Shown: piece by piece, positions 1 to 9,002 of the stretch
Layout: every line of letters starts with the position of its first letter
Numbering within the stretch: position 1 is the stretch's first letter
Assembly: GCA_043786195.1 (NCBI GenBank)
Contig: JAYVWI010000049.1
Span: 1 to 26,813, forward strand
Reading direction: 5' to 3'
DNA: 26,813 bases
Source: Minisyncoccota bacterium
GTDB lineage: Bacteria; Patescibacteriota; Minisyncoccia; Phycocordibacterales; UBA918
Notes under the pieces: generated by a model
Database searches by the model: none
Told to the model about the DNA's origin: nothing
Seen by the model: only the letters and a program-made list of their open reading frames with translations
Position numbers and translations under genes: made by a program

Positions 1-2
1 AC

Positions 3-3000
3 GCATCATTGAGCGCTGCGAGTAGTGCTTATTCCACTTCTTCGGCAATTGCTAATATTGATCCCTCTAAGTACACCGGTGCCACCTACTACTTTGAAGT
101 AGTGGCCAGTACTACGTCGGCAACCAATGCTACAGTGTCGCTTGTCACCACTGCCGGAGTAGCCGCTAAGACAATTACTATCAACGGCACCGCCTATGCC
201 CGGTACCGGTCGACGTCATTTTCGATTGGTGCGGCCACTGACTATCAAGTTCGCGTCAATAACGAAGCTGTCGGCAAGGGCGTTATCGCTGCTCGTTTGG
301 TCATACTACAAAATAACAACCCCATCAGCGTCACCCAGACGCAAGTGGAGGTGGGAAATAGTCAGACCTATACTTCTGGTACCGCCGCCACTTTTACTGC
401 GCCAAAGTATTGGAAATACACTTCTTCAAAGTGGGACGGATCACCGACGTTCTACGCTGAAGTAACCTACGCCCGTACCGTTGATGCGACGATAGCCTCA
501 TCGACTACTTATACTACTTCAGGTTCACGCAGCTTTACCGTACCGAGTGCCGTAGCAAGTACGACGGTTGTTAAATTGTGGGGAGGAGGAGGTGGAGGAG
601 GGGCAGCGTCAACCAATACAACAGGTTCTGGTTCTGGAGGTGCAGGGGGACAGTATGCCGTGAAAGTTATTTCTGGCTTGGCTGGCCTTTCCAAAACAGT
701 TGCTGTGGGAATTGCTGGTATAGGAGGCGTATCTACTGTAGCAGGTACTCGTGGTGCGACTTCGACATGGGACACTAATGTCGTAGTGGCTGTGGGAGGT
801 GCTGGCGGCGCTATCAACTCCGGCGCTGGCGGTGTTGGCGCAACTACTAATGGTGTTGGTGATACAGTAAGGGCAGGAGGTAGTGGTGCTGCCGGCACCT
901 CAGCTGGTGTCTCTGGAGGTGGTGGTGAGGGTGGCTGTTCTACTCAGACGGGAGCGAGTGCTAGTGCCGGAACCGGAGGAACTAATGCCTGCGATGGAGG
1001 TGATGGTGCCAACGGTATTTCCATCAACGGTACCCCGTCTGTGGGTACAAATCCTGGAGGAGGAGGTGCTGGAGGTCGTTCGACAGGTAACCCAAACGCT
1101 GACGGTAGTACCGGTGGTGTAGGTAAGGCCGTCATTGCTTACAATCTTAACGCTAGTGCTACTACCACCATTACCTTACAAGAATCCGACGGTACTGGAG
1201 ATGGCTTTGTGGGGTGGGCTGACAAAATCACGATTGTCTCGGGCGGGTCGGCGTCGACGCCGACCCGCGTCCGCTCAAGTTCGTTCACTCCAACAACAGG
1301 ACGCAATTACCGTATCGCTTTTAAAGAAGGCTACAACGGTGCTACCCACGCTATTTATAATGCCAAGATTATTGTTGATCAGGCCAGCTCACCGACCAAG
1401 CTCGAAGCGCAGTATCTGCTCGCAACCAAGACGATTGGGAGTGGTACCGCTTTGCAAAAAAACCTCACCTATTGGGATTCCGCCGAATGGACAAACTCCG
1501 CCAATACATACACTCATCAAGTCGACTCGGCCGACAACTCAACATCGGTGGTAGAGGTGGACACATCAGGCGGGACGCAAGTAACTGGTTCAGTGATGAC
1601 TTCACCAGACAACTCTGGTGTGTCTTCATCGATGACGATGCCGAGCACCGGAGACTTGGACATGAAGGCTACCACCAACAACGGCAATGTTTACGCCAGC
1701 CGTATCTTAGTCGCCGTGACCCCCGACACTACCGCTCCAACTCCCAATCCATACTTCACGACACTACCGACCTCGACCTCGACCGACCGCGTCTCCATGA
1801 CGTCGGTCGCTATCACCGACGCCAATGCGGTGTCGTATTACTTCAATCCTGTCGCTGGTACTTGTGGTGGTAACACAGGCACCGGCACTACGACATCGGG
1901 GTGGCAAGCAAGTAGAACTTACACCGACATCGGACTCCAGGTAAATAAATGCTATGCGTATACGGTCACCGGTAAAGATGCCGCCAACAACACCACCGCC
2001 ACATCAACCGCTTCAACCACGTACACACTGGCAGCTGTGCCGGGAGGAATGGCGTACACTAATGGTTTCGTTACAGTAACTTCAATCAAAATTACCAATA
2101 CCGAAAACGGCAATCCTGCGAGTAATCCAACAACTAATTTTGCCGTTCACGCATCAAGTACAGGAGACAGTGTCTGGAATAATAAATGGGTCAGTAATTC
2201 AGCGGGAGCAAGTTCTACTGCACATTGGCTCTCTGACTCCCAGTTAGACAACATGGTGCTGTCTAACTTAAAACCAAATACTAAGTACGATTTTGAAGTC
2301 GTTGCTCGTAATCAAAACTCTATATTGACTGCCACCAGTACCCGTACAGGTACGACGACGCGCCCTGACGTGACAGCTCCGACTCCAAACCCAGCGACGT
2401 ATTCTTCAGTGCCAAACGATACTGGCACCACGCAGATGAGCATGACCGCAACTGCAGCGAGTGATATTAGTACGCCAATTTCATATTACTTTGCGGTCGG
2501 AGCCGGTAGTTGTGGAGGTAATTATGGTACCGGTGGAACTGACTCAGGCTGGCAGACGAGTACTAGTTACACTGATACGGGACTCGATATAAATAAATGT
2601 TATGCCTACACCGTACAGTCTCGTGACTCTTTGAGTAATACCGGTACGGCTTCGGCCGCCTCCCAGGCGTACACTACTGCAGCGGTACCGTCAGCTCCGA
2701 CGATAAGCACCCAGACTGATACCACCTTCACTCTTACTAATAATCAAAACGGCAATCCGACCAATACCACCTTTGCTGTTCATGTTGCAACCGCTTCACC
2801 TTCGGATGGGACTTGGAATGGTAAATATGTAGACGCCAGTGGCAACCCTTCAGCTGCGGCGGTTTGGTTATCGGACGCACAAATTGATGGTCTGGTGGTT
2901 ACCAGTCTTCAGTTCTCGACAACCTATCCAGTAGAAATCATGGCGCGCAATGGTGATAGCGAGCAGACAGCGTATAGTAGCCAGACCAATGGTATTACTA

Positions 3001-3716
3001 CCGCCGATAGCCATGCACCAAGCCCCAACCCTCCGACATTTTTATCAAACCCATCAAACGATAGTGTGAGTCAAATATCAATGACAGCTAATGCCATTAC
3101 TGATCTTTCGACACCTGTGTCGTACTACTTTGCGGCAGTGACCGGCTCTTGTGGCGCTAATGTAGGGACTGGAGGTACTGACTCTGGTTGGCAAACTAGT
3201 ACGAGTTACTCTGACGCTGGGCTGCAAACAAACAAATGTTACGGCTACACTATTACTGGTAAGGACAACGTAGGTAATACCAGCAGTGCCTCATCTGCTA
3301 CAGTGACGTACACTTCAGCTGCTGTGCCAGGACAACTGACGCAGGTTTCTAATACCACCAACACTATTACTATTTCAAATAACGCTAATGGCAACCCGTC
3401 AGCTAATCCGACCACCTACTTCGCCGTCTACATCAGCGCCACTTCACCAACTGACCTTACTTGGGACGGAAAGTATGTTAACGGTAGTGGTAATCCGTCA
3501 GCAGTAGCTGTTTGGCTGACTAATTCTCAGCTCACCAATCTCGTCATCAACGGGCTGCAAGCGTCGACGGTATATACCGCTGCAGTAAAAGCAAGAAACG
3601 AAGATACTGATGAAACATCGTACGGAAGTACCCAAGCTCTCACTACCGGTACTGCAGCAAGCTACGACAATCGACTCATGGGAGGTATTCGCCTCAAGGG
3701 CATCAAGCTTTTCTAA
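3..3716 (+). CDS. Giant extracellular/surface protein, 5'-truncated by the window edge: three beta-rich modules, a glycine-rich domain, and 3 x (Cys-containing FN3-like + FN3-like) repeats
   Basis: Frame is open from base 3, so the TTG at 9 is probably not the real start. Ser/Thr/Gly/Asn-rich. Contains LWGGGGGGG...GGVGKAVIAY (Gly-rich domain) and FN3-like motifs (YTDxGLxxNKCYxYTV; LxxxTxYxxxVxARN) repeated at 1722, 2364 and 3003. Confidence 0.85.
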   Translation, partial: ASLSAASSAYSTSSAIANIDPSKYTGATYYFEVVASTTSATNATVSLVTTAGVAAKTITINGTAYARYRSTSFSIGAATDYQVRVNNEAVGKGVIAARLVILQNNNPISVTQTQVEVGNSQTYTSGTAATFTAPKYWKYTSSKWDGSPTFYAEVTYARTVDATIASSTTYTTSGSRSFTVPSAVASTTVVKLWGGGGGGGAASTNTTGSGSGGAGGQYAVKVISGLAGLSKTVAVGIAGIGGVSTVAGTRGATSTWDTNVVVAVGGAGGAINSGAGGVGATTNGVGDTVRAGGSGAAGTSAGVSGGGGEGGCSTQTGASASAGTGGTNACDGGDGANGISINGTPSVGTNPGGGGAGGRSTGNPNADGSTGGVGKAVIAYNLNASATTTITLQESDGTGDGFVGWADKITIVSGGSASTPTRVRSSSFTPTTGRNYRIAFKEGYNGATHAIYNAKIIVDQASSPTKLEAQYLLATKTIGSGTALQKNLTYWDSAEWTNSANTYTHQVDSADNSTSVVEVDTSGGTQVTGSVMTSPDNSGVSSSMTMPSTGDLDMKATTNNGNVYASRILVAVTPDTTAPTPNPYFTTLPTSTSTDRVSMTSVAITDANAVSYYFNPVAGTCGGNTGTGTTTSGWQASRTYTDIGLQVNKCYAYTVTGKDAANNTTATSTASTTYTLAAVPGGMAYTNGFVTVTSIKITNTENGNPASNPTTNFAVHASSTGDSVWNNKWVSNSAGASSTAHWLSDSQLDNMVLSNLKPNTKYDFEVVARNQNSILTATSTRTGTTTRPDVTAPTPNPATYSSVPNDTGTTQMSMTATAASDISTPISYYFAVGAGSCGGNYGTGGTDSGWQTSTSYTDTGLDINKCYAYTVQSRDSLSNTGTASAASQAYTTAAVPSAPTISTQTDTTFTLTNNQNGNPTNTTFAVHVATASPSDGTWNGKYVDASGNPSAAAVWLSDAQIDGLVVTSLQFSTTYPVEIMARNGDSEQTAYSSQTNGITTADSHAPSPNPPTFLSNPSNDSVSQISMTANAITDLSTPVSYYFAAVTGSCGANVGTGGTDSGWQTSTSYSDAGLQTNKCYGYTITGKDNVGNTSSASSATVTYTSAAVPGQLTQVSNTTNTITISNNANGNPSANPTTYFAVYISATSPTDLTWDGKYVNGSGNPSAVAVWLTNSQLTNLVINGLQASTVYTAAVKARNEDTDETSYGSTQALTTGTAASYDNRLMGGIRLKGIKLF

Positions 3717-3723
3717 GACGTTC

Positions 3724-3763
3724 AAAAGCGCGCAACTGACCAACTGGCCAGTTGCGCGCTTTT
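3724..3763. terminator. Bidirectional intrinsic terminator
   Basis: Perfect 15-bp inverted repeat AAAAGCGCGCAACTG / CAGTTGCGCGCTTTT with a 10-nt loop, 7 nt after the stop codon. Confidence 0.8.
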
Positions 3764-3780
3764 CCATTGCCGCCTACAAT
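3752..3780 (+). promoter_or_regulatory. sigma70-type promoter of the holin-family gene (near-leaderless)
   Basis: TTGCGC (3752-3757), 17-nt spacer, TACAAT (3775-3780), then 8 nt to ATG 3789. Confidence 0.6.
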
Positions 3781-3788
3781 ATAGCTCT

Positions 3789-4130
3789 ATGACAATCATA
3801 CTTCGTCTTTTGTGGAATGCTCTCGGACTATTACTTATCGCTAATTTTATACCAGGCATCACAGTGAATAGTTTTTATACCGCCGTCATCGCCGCCCTTA
3901 TTCTCGGAGTCTTCAATGCAATCTTAAAGCCCATCCTCGTCATCCTGACACTACCTATCACCTTACTCACCCTAGGCCTATTTACCTTCGTCATCAACGC
4001 CGCACTCTTCCTCTTCGCTGCTTCCTTCATCGAAGGCTTCGCCGTAACCAACTTCTGGTACGCTCTCCTCGGCTCATTCCTCATGAGTGTCATCAGCACC
4101 ATCGGCCACACCTGGATTGACGGAAAGTAG
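3789..4130 (+). CDS. Phage-holin-family (superfamily IV, YvlD-like) 4-TM membrane protein
   Basis: 113 aa hydrophobic protein with family motifs NAILKPIL, LTLPITLLTLGLFTFVINA and GF.V..FW.AL.GS. Confidence 0.8.
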   Translation: MTIILRLLWNALGLLLIANFIPGITVNSFYTAVIAALILGVFNAILKPILVILTLPITLLTLGLFTFVINAALFLFAASFIEGFAVTNFWYALLGSFLMSVISTIGHTWIDGK

Positions 4131-4155
4131 ACAGTCATTGCAGTCTCAGAAAGTA

Positions 4156-4189
4156 ATACAAAAAGCCAGCATATGCTGGCTTTTTGTAT
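4156..4189. terminator. Bidirectional terminator (34-bp perfect palindrome)
   Basis: ATACAAAAAGCCAGCAT|ATGCTGGCTTTTTGTAT equals its own reverse complement, with A5/T5 flanks. Confidence 0.8.
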
Positions 4190-4279
4190 AGTTAAACTTC
4201 AAAGCAAGCATATTTGATTTAGATTAGTAAAGATGTATAGTGGCAGAAGTATTTGTTGTGATCTTTAAGGAGACTCCAG

Positions 4280-4981
4280 ATGACAGAAGAGCAGCTTTTT
4301 TCGATGGATGTCGAGGACTGGGAAAACTATTTCCTCAACCGTTCAAACACCCATGAAGTCACTCCCATGATTGGTGGGCTCACTAAACTAACGATGTTGC
4401 AGGGGTGGTGGAATACACTTTCTCAAGACCGTCAGCTCGCAATGTATCCCAAGCTAGTCCAGGCGGTGCTCAACCGTTGGGGTGACCTTTCGATGGCAGT
4501 GAGAAAAGACTACGAATCTAACCCTGTCGAATATGTCGCCGCCCTGGCGTTTGATGACAAATATCAATTTCGTGACTACCTCCGCCCGTACTACAATCGT
4601 CTTTGGCAGGAAAGTCCGAGGCCGCACGGAAAGGAGTTGTGCTGGATCGCACTCAACTCGCAGGCGCAGCTTCCCGTCAGTAGGGCAGAAATCGGACTTC
4701 TCTTTGAGCTTCAAAACTGGGGACTTATCGCTACGCGTATTGCTACAAGCAAGGGCTATACGAATGATGCAATTGAGCTTCTGGGCCTTTTAGAGGAGAG
4801 AAGCAGTGAAATTAGCGCCTTTCAAATCGATTCGCTAGTGCGCGCTGGTTTTCCCAAGCTGAAGGGTTTGCGCTGGCTTAGTAAGTTTAATGGGGATGAA
4901 TCTTTCGCAAAACGTCGGATTTCTCGTTGGCAAAAAGAACTCATTGCCGAAGGTCTTCCTCACGAAGAAGTCTTCCGGTAG
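4280..4981 (+). CDS. Hypothetical protein (orphan, predicted helical, soluble)
   Basis: 233-aa ORF with AAGGAG at 4267-4272, 7 nt before the ATG. Possible promoter TTGATT(4214)-16 nt-TATAGT(4236). No family recognised. Confidence 0.7.
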   Translation: MTEEQLFSMDVEDWENYFLNRSNTHEVTPMIGGLTKLTMLQGWWNTLSQDRQLAMYPKLVQAVLNRWGDLSMAVRKDYESNPVEYVAALAFDDKYQFRDYLRPYYNRLWQESPRPHGKELCWIALNSQAQLPVSRAEIGLLFELQNWGLIATRIATSKGYTNDAIELLGLLEERSSEISAFQIDSLVRAGFPKLKGLRWLSKFNGDESFAKRRISRWQKELIAEGLPHEEVFR

Positions 4982-5038
4982 CCGCTATGTTGGGGAAAAA
5001 AGAGTCATGTCTTTCTTTTTCAGCCCAAGCGGTTTTTT
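4982..5038 (+). terminator. Probable intrinsic terminator of the orphan gene
   Basis: Imperfect long stem (CCGC/GCGG, TTGGG/CCCAA, GAAAAA/TTTTTC) followed by T6. Confidence 0.5.
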
Positions 5039-5062
5039 AATTAAAGAGTCCAGAATGAATAG

Positions 5063-5209
5063 AAGCGCCTGGATAAATAGATTACCGTTGATAGTTTGAG
5101 TCCCTTTCCAACTCGCTGCAGCTGGATTCTCCCCTCGGAAGGTCGAATCCAGCTAAGCGCCTGGATACATTCGCAATAGTCGCACTACGTGCTCGTTTGC
5201 TCATGCAGC
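5063..5209. repeat. Structured intergenic element: 13-bp direct repeat around a 10-bp hairpin
   Basis: AAGCGCCTGGATA at 5063-5075 and 5155-5167; AGCTGGATTC/GAATCCAGCT at 5120-5129 and 5145-5154; GCAC-TAC-GTGC at 5182-5192. Confidence 0.55.
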
Positions 5210-5219
5210 CTTGACACCG

Positions 5220-5248
5220 TTGCGTTTTCACCGTATTTGAGGTACTGT
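5220..5248 (+). promoter_or_regulatory. Promoter of obgE (near-leaderless)
   Basis: TTGCGT, 17-nt spacer, TACTGT, then 8 nt to ATG 5257. Confidence 0.5.
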
Positions 5249-5256
5249 GCTGTCCT

Positions 5257-6234
5257 ATGTTTGTTGATGAATTAACTATTTATGCGAAGGCGGGTAACGG
5301 TGGTACCGGCGTTGTTCGCTGGCGCCAAGAGAAGTTTAAGCCTATGGCGGGTCCTTCTGGTGGTGATGGTGGCCGTGGAGCGGATGTTTTTGTTCGTGCC
5401 GTACGAGACCTCAATCAGCTCGCAAAATACACCGGAAATAAGAACTTTATGGCCGAGGATGGTGTGGCCGGCATGAGCGACAGTTGCACCGGAAAGAATG
5501 GTGAGACCTTCTATATTGACGTTCCTGTAGGCTCTCGCATTACTGACATCGACCGCAATCGAGAGATTGAACTCACTGAAGAAGGTCAAACCGAACGTAT
5601 TCTCAAAGGCGGAGGCGGTGGGCTTGGTAACGAATACTTCAAGTCTTCCACTAACGTATCACCGACAGAATCGACTGGCGGTCATCCTGGTGAAGCAGGT
5701 AACTTCCTTGTTGAAGTCCGGCTGATGGTAGATATTGGATTAGTAGGACTGCCAAATGCCGGTAAGTCTACATTGCTTAATGCTATGACAAACGCCCAGT
5801 CTCGTATCGGAGCGTATCCTTTTACCACACTCGAACCACACCTCGGCGATATGTACGGATTTATTATTGCTGACATTCCTGGCCTTATCGAAGGCGCCGC
5901 AGAAGGGAAGGGACTTGGTCACAAGTTTTTACGCCACGTCGCTCGTACCAAAATGATTTTGCACCTCGTCTCTCTGGAGTCAGAACAACCGGAAGCAGAT
6001 TATTACACCATTCGTAATGAGCTATCACAGTACGACAAAGCCTTAGGAGAGAAGGAAGAGTGGATTATTTTGACCAAAAAAGACCTTGTAAATCAAGCTC
6101 AAATTGACGAGGTTGAAAAGGCACTTGCCAAAACTAAGAATCGTGTGATTGTTGTAGGTCAAGATGACCTAGAATCGTACAAAAAACTTCGCGACACACT
6201 TGTCTCACACCTTCGAGAAACGTACAATACCTAG
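5257..6234 (+). CDS. obgE: GTPase ObgE/CgtA (no C-terminal OCT domain)
   Basis: MFVDE..I...AGNGG, Gly-rich Obg N-terminal domain, GLVGLPNAGKSTLL, YPFTTLEP, DIPGLIEGA.EGKGLG, TKKD. Confidence 0.97.
   Translation: MFVDELTIYAKAGNGGTGVVRWRQEKFKPMAGPSGGDGGRGADVFVRAVRDLNQLAKYTGNKNFMAEDGVAGMSDSCTGKNGETFYIDVPVGSRITDIDRNREIELTEEGQTERILKGGGGGLGNEYFKSSTNVSPTESTGGHPGEAGNFLVEVRLMVDIGLVGLPNAGKSTLLNAMTNAQSRIGAYPFTTLEPHLGDMYGFIIADIPGLIEGAAEGKGLGHKFLRHVARTKMILHLVSLESEQPEADYYTIRNELSQYDKALGEKEEWIILTKKDLVNQAQIDEVEKALAKTKNRVIVVGQDDLESYKKLRDTLVSHLRETYNT
6200..6228 (+). promoter_or_regulatory. Candidate internal promoter for gatB within the obgE 3' end
   Basis: TTGTCT, 17-nt spacer, TACAAT, then 17 nt to ATG 6246. 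Confidence 0.4.
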
Positions 6235-6245
6235 CACATAAATAT

Positions 6246-7652
6246 ATGAGTTACGTACCAACCATTGGCCTTGAAGTTCATGCTGAATTAAAGACCGCGA
6301 GTAAGATGTTTTGTGGGTGTAAAAACAATCCGCATGATGGAGAACCAAATGCGTACACCTGCCCGGTCTGTCTCGCACACCCAGGAACGCTTCCAGTAGC
6401 AAATATTGAAGCAATAAAAAAAGTGCTCATGTTTGGGAAGGCCGTCTCTGCGACAGCAGCGACTTTTTCAGAGTTCGACCGAAAGAATTATTTTTATCCA
6501 GACATCCCAAAAGCCTATCAGATAAGTCAGTACGCCTATCCGTTTTTGAAGGGAGGAAATTTAGCTGGTGTTGAACTTACGCGAGTGCATCTTGAAGAAG
6601 ACACCGCTCGTAGTAATCACGAAAAAGGAGACTTCAGTCTGGTCGACTTCAACCGTGCCGGAGTTCCACTTATGGAACTCGTGACTGAGCCGGTTATTCA
6701 CGATGCAAAAACAGCCGGAGCTTTTGCTCGCGAGCTGCAACTTCTTCTTCGAACCCTCAATATTTCTGACGCCAATATGGAGCGAGGAGAAATGCGTGTC
6801 GAAGCCAACATCTCAGTGTCAAAGGACGCTGACAAAATGGCTACAAAATATGTTGAAGTCAAAAATCTAAACTCATTTAAAGCAGTTGAAGGAGCGATTT
6901 CTTTTGAGATACAACGACAGATAAAGCTGCTGGAAGAGGGAGGAACAGTCGTCCAAGAGACTCGCGGCTGGGATGAAGTAAATCTCCGTACAGTCTCGCA
7001 GCGAACAAAAGAGACGGCTAAAGACTATCGCTATTTTCCAGACCCTGATCTTCCAAAAATGAAAATTGATGCATCTCTTTTAAACGAGATAATGCCTAAA
7101 CTACCTAATGAAAAAAGAGAATTCTATCAAAATCTCGGATTAACGAGAGAGGGAATTGAACTGATAATTTCTAACATGCCGATGGACAAATTCTTCGCAG
7201 AGTTAACAATTGGAGGTTTACTTCAAACCCCCGAAGCTATCAGACTAGCGGCAAACTATGCGACTTCGGATCTCATTGCAGTACTTACAGCTAACCCAAC
7301 CTTCAGCTTGTCGGCTCTCGGGACTAAGAATTTTGCTGAGCTTATGAATATGCTTGCTGCTAAGGAAATAAACTCCCGTGTGGCAAAGGATTTGCTTCCA
7401 GAACTCTTTATTTCGGGCGTGTCTCCGCAGGAATTGGCAACCGAACGAAGCCTACTTCAAACCTCTGACGCCTCTGCCTTCGATGCTATTGTCAAAGAAA
7501 TTATCCAAGCTAATCCGGCTGTGGTACTAGAATATAAAGCCGGCAAGGAGTCAGCTATTCAATTCTTTGTCGGGCAGGGAATGAAAGCTACTCGAGGTTC
7601 TGCTAATCCGACGCTTCTACTTGAGAGCTTCAAAAAAGCCTTAGAAAACTAG
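6246..7652 (+). CDS. gatB: Asp-tRNA(Asn)/Glu-tRNA(Gln) amidotransferase subunit B
   Basis: IGLEVHAEL, FDRKNYFYPD.PK.YQISQ, HLEED, DFNRAGVPLMELVTEP, E.KNLNSF, QETRGWD, DYRYFPDPDLP. Confidence 0.97.
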   Translation: MSYVPTIGLEVHAELKTASKMFCGCKNNPHDGEPNAYTCPVCLAHPGTLPVANIEAIKKVLMFGKAVSATAATFSEFDRKNYFYPDIPKAYQISQYAYPFLKGGNLAGVELTRVHLEEDTARSNHEKGDFSLVDFNRAGVPLMELVTEPVIHDAKTAGAFARELQLLLRTLNISDANMERGEMRVEANISVSKDADKMATKYVEVKNLNSFKAVEGAISFEIQRQIKLLEEGGTVVQETRGWDEVNLRTVSQRTKETAKDYRYFPDPDLPKMKIDASLLNEIMPKLPNEKREFYQNLGLTREGIELIISNMPMDKFFAELTIGGLLQTPEAIRLAANYATSDLIAVLTANPTFSLSALGTKNFAELMNMLAAKEINSRVAKDLLPELFISGVSPQELATERSLLQTSDASAFDAIVKEIIQANPAVVLEYKAGKESAIQFFVGQGMKATRGSANPTLLLESFKKALEN

Positions 7653-7730
7653 TGATCTCTGATAGTCGAGAAGTAATGCACTGTTGGGGATAAACCAGCG
7701 GTGCATTTTTCTGTTACAATATTCACACGT

Positions 7731-8927
7731 ATGGAGGTCGTGATCTTTGATGGTAAGGAGTATGTTAAAGCGTCTGTACTCGCTAAGAAATTTCGTTATA
7801 CAGCTGATTATCTCGGACAACTTTGTCGAGGCAAAAAAGTAGATGCTCGGCTCGTGGGACGCGCTTGGTATATCAACCTCGAGTCACTCAATGACCATCG
7901 CGACGGACGATATAAGTCCACTACAGTAAAGGTCATCGAGACTTCACCTGCAACAACTATTATTCCGACCCAAAGACCTCGCAGTAACTACTTATCTCGG
8001 ATAGATGTAGAACCAATTTTGAAGAGGAAGACCGTCGCTATTCTTAAATCAAAACACGGGATTGTAACTGAGTTCCCGGTAAAGTACGAGACAGACGAGT
8101 ATTCGTTAATACCAAGAGTAAATAAGGCTGCCGTTTTTAAAAGCGTCGTTATCGAACAAGTCGATGCAGAAAAGATTAAGGTTCATAAGGAGGAATCAGC
8201 AATAACTAATTTTAAAGCGGAAGCACTCCCGGAAGTTTTTCTTAGAGGAACGCTGAAAGTCGCTGGTCTTGAAGAGGCCACGGAGTCCCTTCTCGAAGAA
8301 AGTGAAAAAATAGACCTAGAAACAAAGCCAGGACGGCTGCCAACTCAAATGAATGAAGAAAAAAAAGCCTCGGTAGTTTCGGTGAGGCTTCTAAAACGAA
8401 GATCTAATGTCGAAGTAGCCCGGCATCCTCAGCGGGTGTCAGATAAGACGGCTCGGGACACAGGGGTGCCTACGACTATCCCGATTGTTATTGAAAAAAC
8501 AACTCATCGGCCTGAGTTAAAACCTGTTTTAATAAAAACAACACCAGAATTTGCTTCCAAAGCCCTAATAATTGCAAAACCAGCTTCTCATGTTGTTGCA
8601 CAGCACACCCCAAGGTTGGTGCACACTGCCCCGATAACTGTTCGAATGGCGTCTATAGCCTCAAATCAGTCACTGCCGAGGACTACAGCAAGCTTCAAGC
8701 CAGAATCAGTTGTGAGTAAAGAGGCGCGAAGAAAAGCAAAGAAGAGCACCTCGAAGCCAGTTGGCTGGTGGGCGCCTTTGACGGTATTATTTTTGGCCTG
8801 CACTTTGGCTGCCTTCGTACTTAGTTCTACTCTTGAGATTGTCGTCACGAAGCAGGTGTATCGATCGCATGTCGTGTCGAGTCCCCAGACATTTTTTGCG
8901 TATCTCGAGGCCTTGAAAAAGTACTAA
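7731..8927 (+). CDS. N-terminal excisionase/MerR-like HTH protein with long low-complexity linker and C-terminal TM helix
   Basis: YTADYLGQLCRGKKVDARLVGRAWYI motif; TM WWAPLTVLFLACTLAAFVLSSTL from 8766. Start moved from GTG 7701 to ATG 7731 because TGTTACAAT (7712-7720) lies 10 nt upstream. Confidence 0.75.
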   Translation: MEVVIFDGKEYVKASVLAKKFRYTADYLGQLCRGKKVDARLVGRAWYINLESLNDHRDGRYKSTTVKVIETSPATTIIPTQRPRSNYLSRIDVEPILKRKTVAILKSKHGIVTEFPVKYETDEYSLIPRVNKAAVFKSVVIEQVDAEKIKVHKEESAITNFKAEALPEVFLRGTLKVAGLEEATESLLEESEKIDLETKPGRLPTQMNEEKKASVVSVRLLKRRSNVEVARHPQRVSDKTARDTGVPTTIPIVIEKTTHRPELKPVLIKTTPEFASKALIIAKPASHVVAQHTPRLVHTAPITVRMASIASNQSLPRTTASFKPESVVSKEARRKAKKSTSKPVGWWAPLTVLFLACTLAAFVLSSTLEIVVTKQVYRSHVVSSPQTFFAYLEALKKY

Positions 8928-9002
8928 TTTTTATACACAGTTTGAGTCTATTTTGGAGCGGTATTTTAGTCGATTTAGCTTTATAATTAAAGTTAAATCG
9001 GT

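Noticed and set aside
196-1873. Overlapping alternative-frame ORFs inside the giant gene (e.g. 509-898 minus, 1135-1554, 1472-1873)
   Set aside because: Shadows of Gly/Thr-rich codon usage; no starts, promoters or recognisable motifs.
3789-4130. Prophage suggested by a 'holin' gene
   Set aside because: No endolysin, integrase, capsid or terminase genes nearby. This holin superfamily is commonly chromosomal.
5120-5160. tRNA T-arm-like GGTCGAATCC, or tmRNA-like GGATTCGAC on the minus strand; also SRP-like CGGAAGG
   Set aside because: No cloverleaf, acceptor stem or CCA end, and the SRP CAGG/AGCAG loop is absent.
5257-5700. Link between the Gly-rich Obg domain and the Gly-rich domain of the giant protein
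   Set aside because: Similar composition only. The Obg domain is the ordinary conserved fold.
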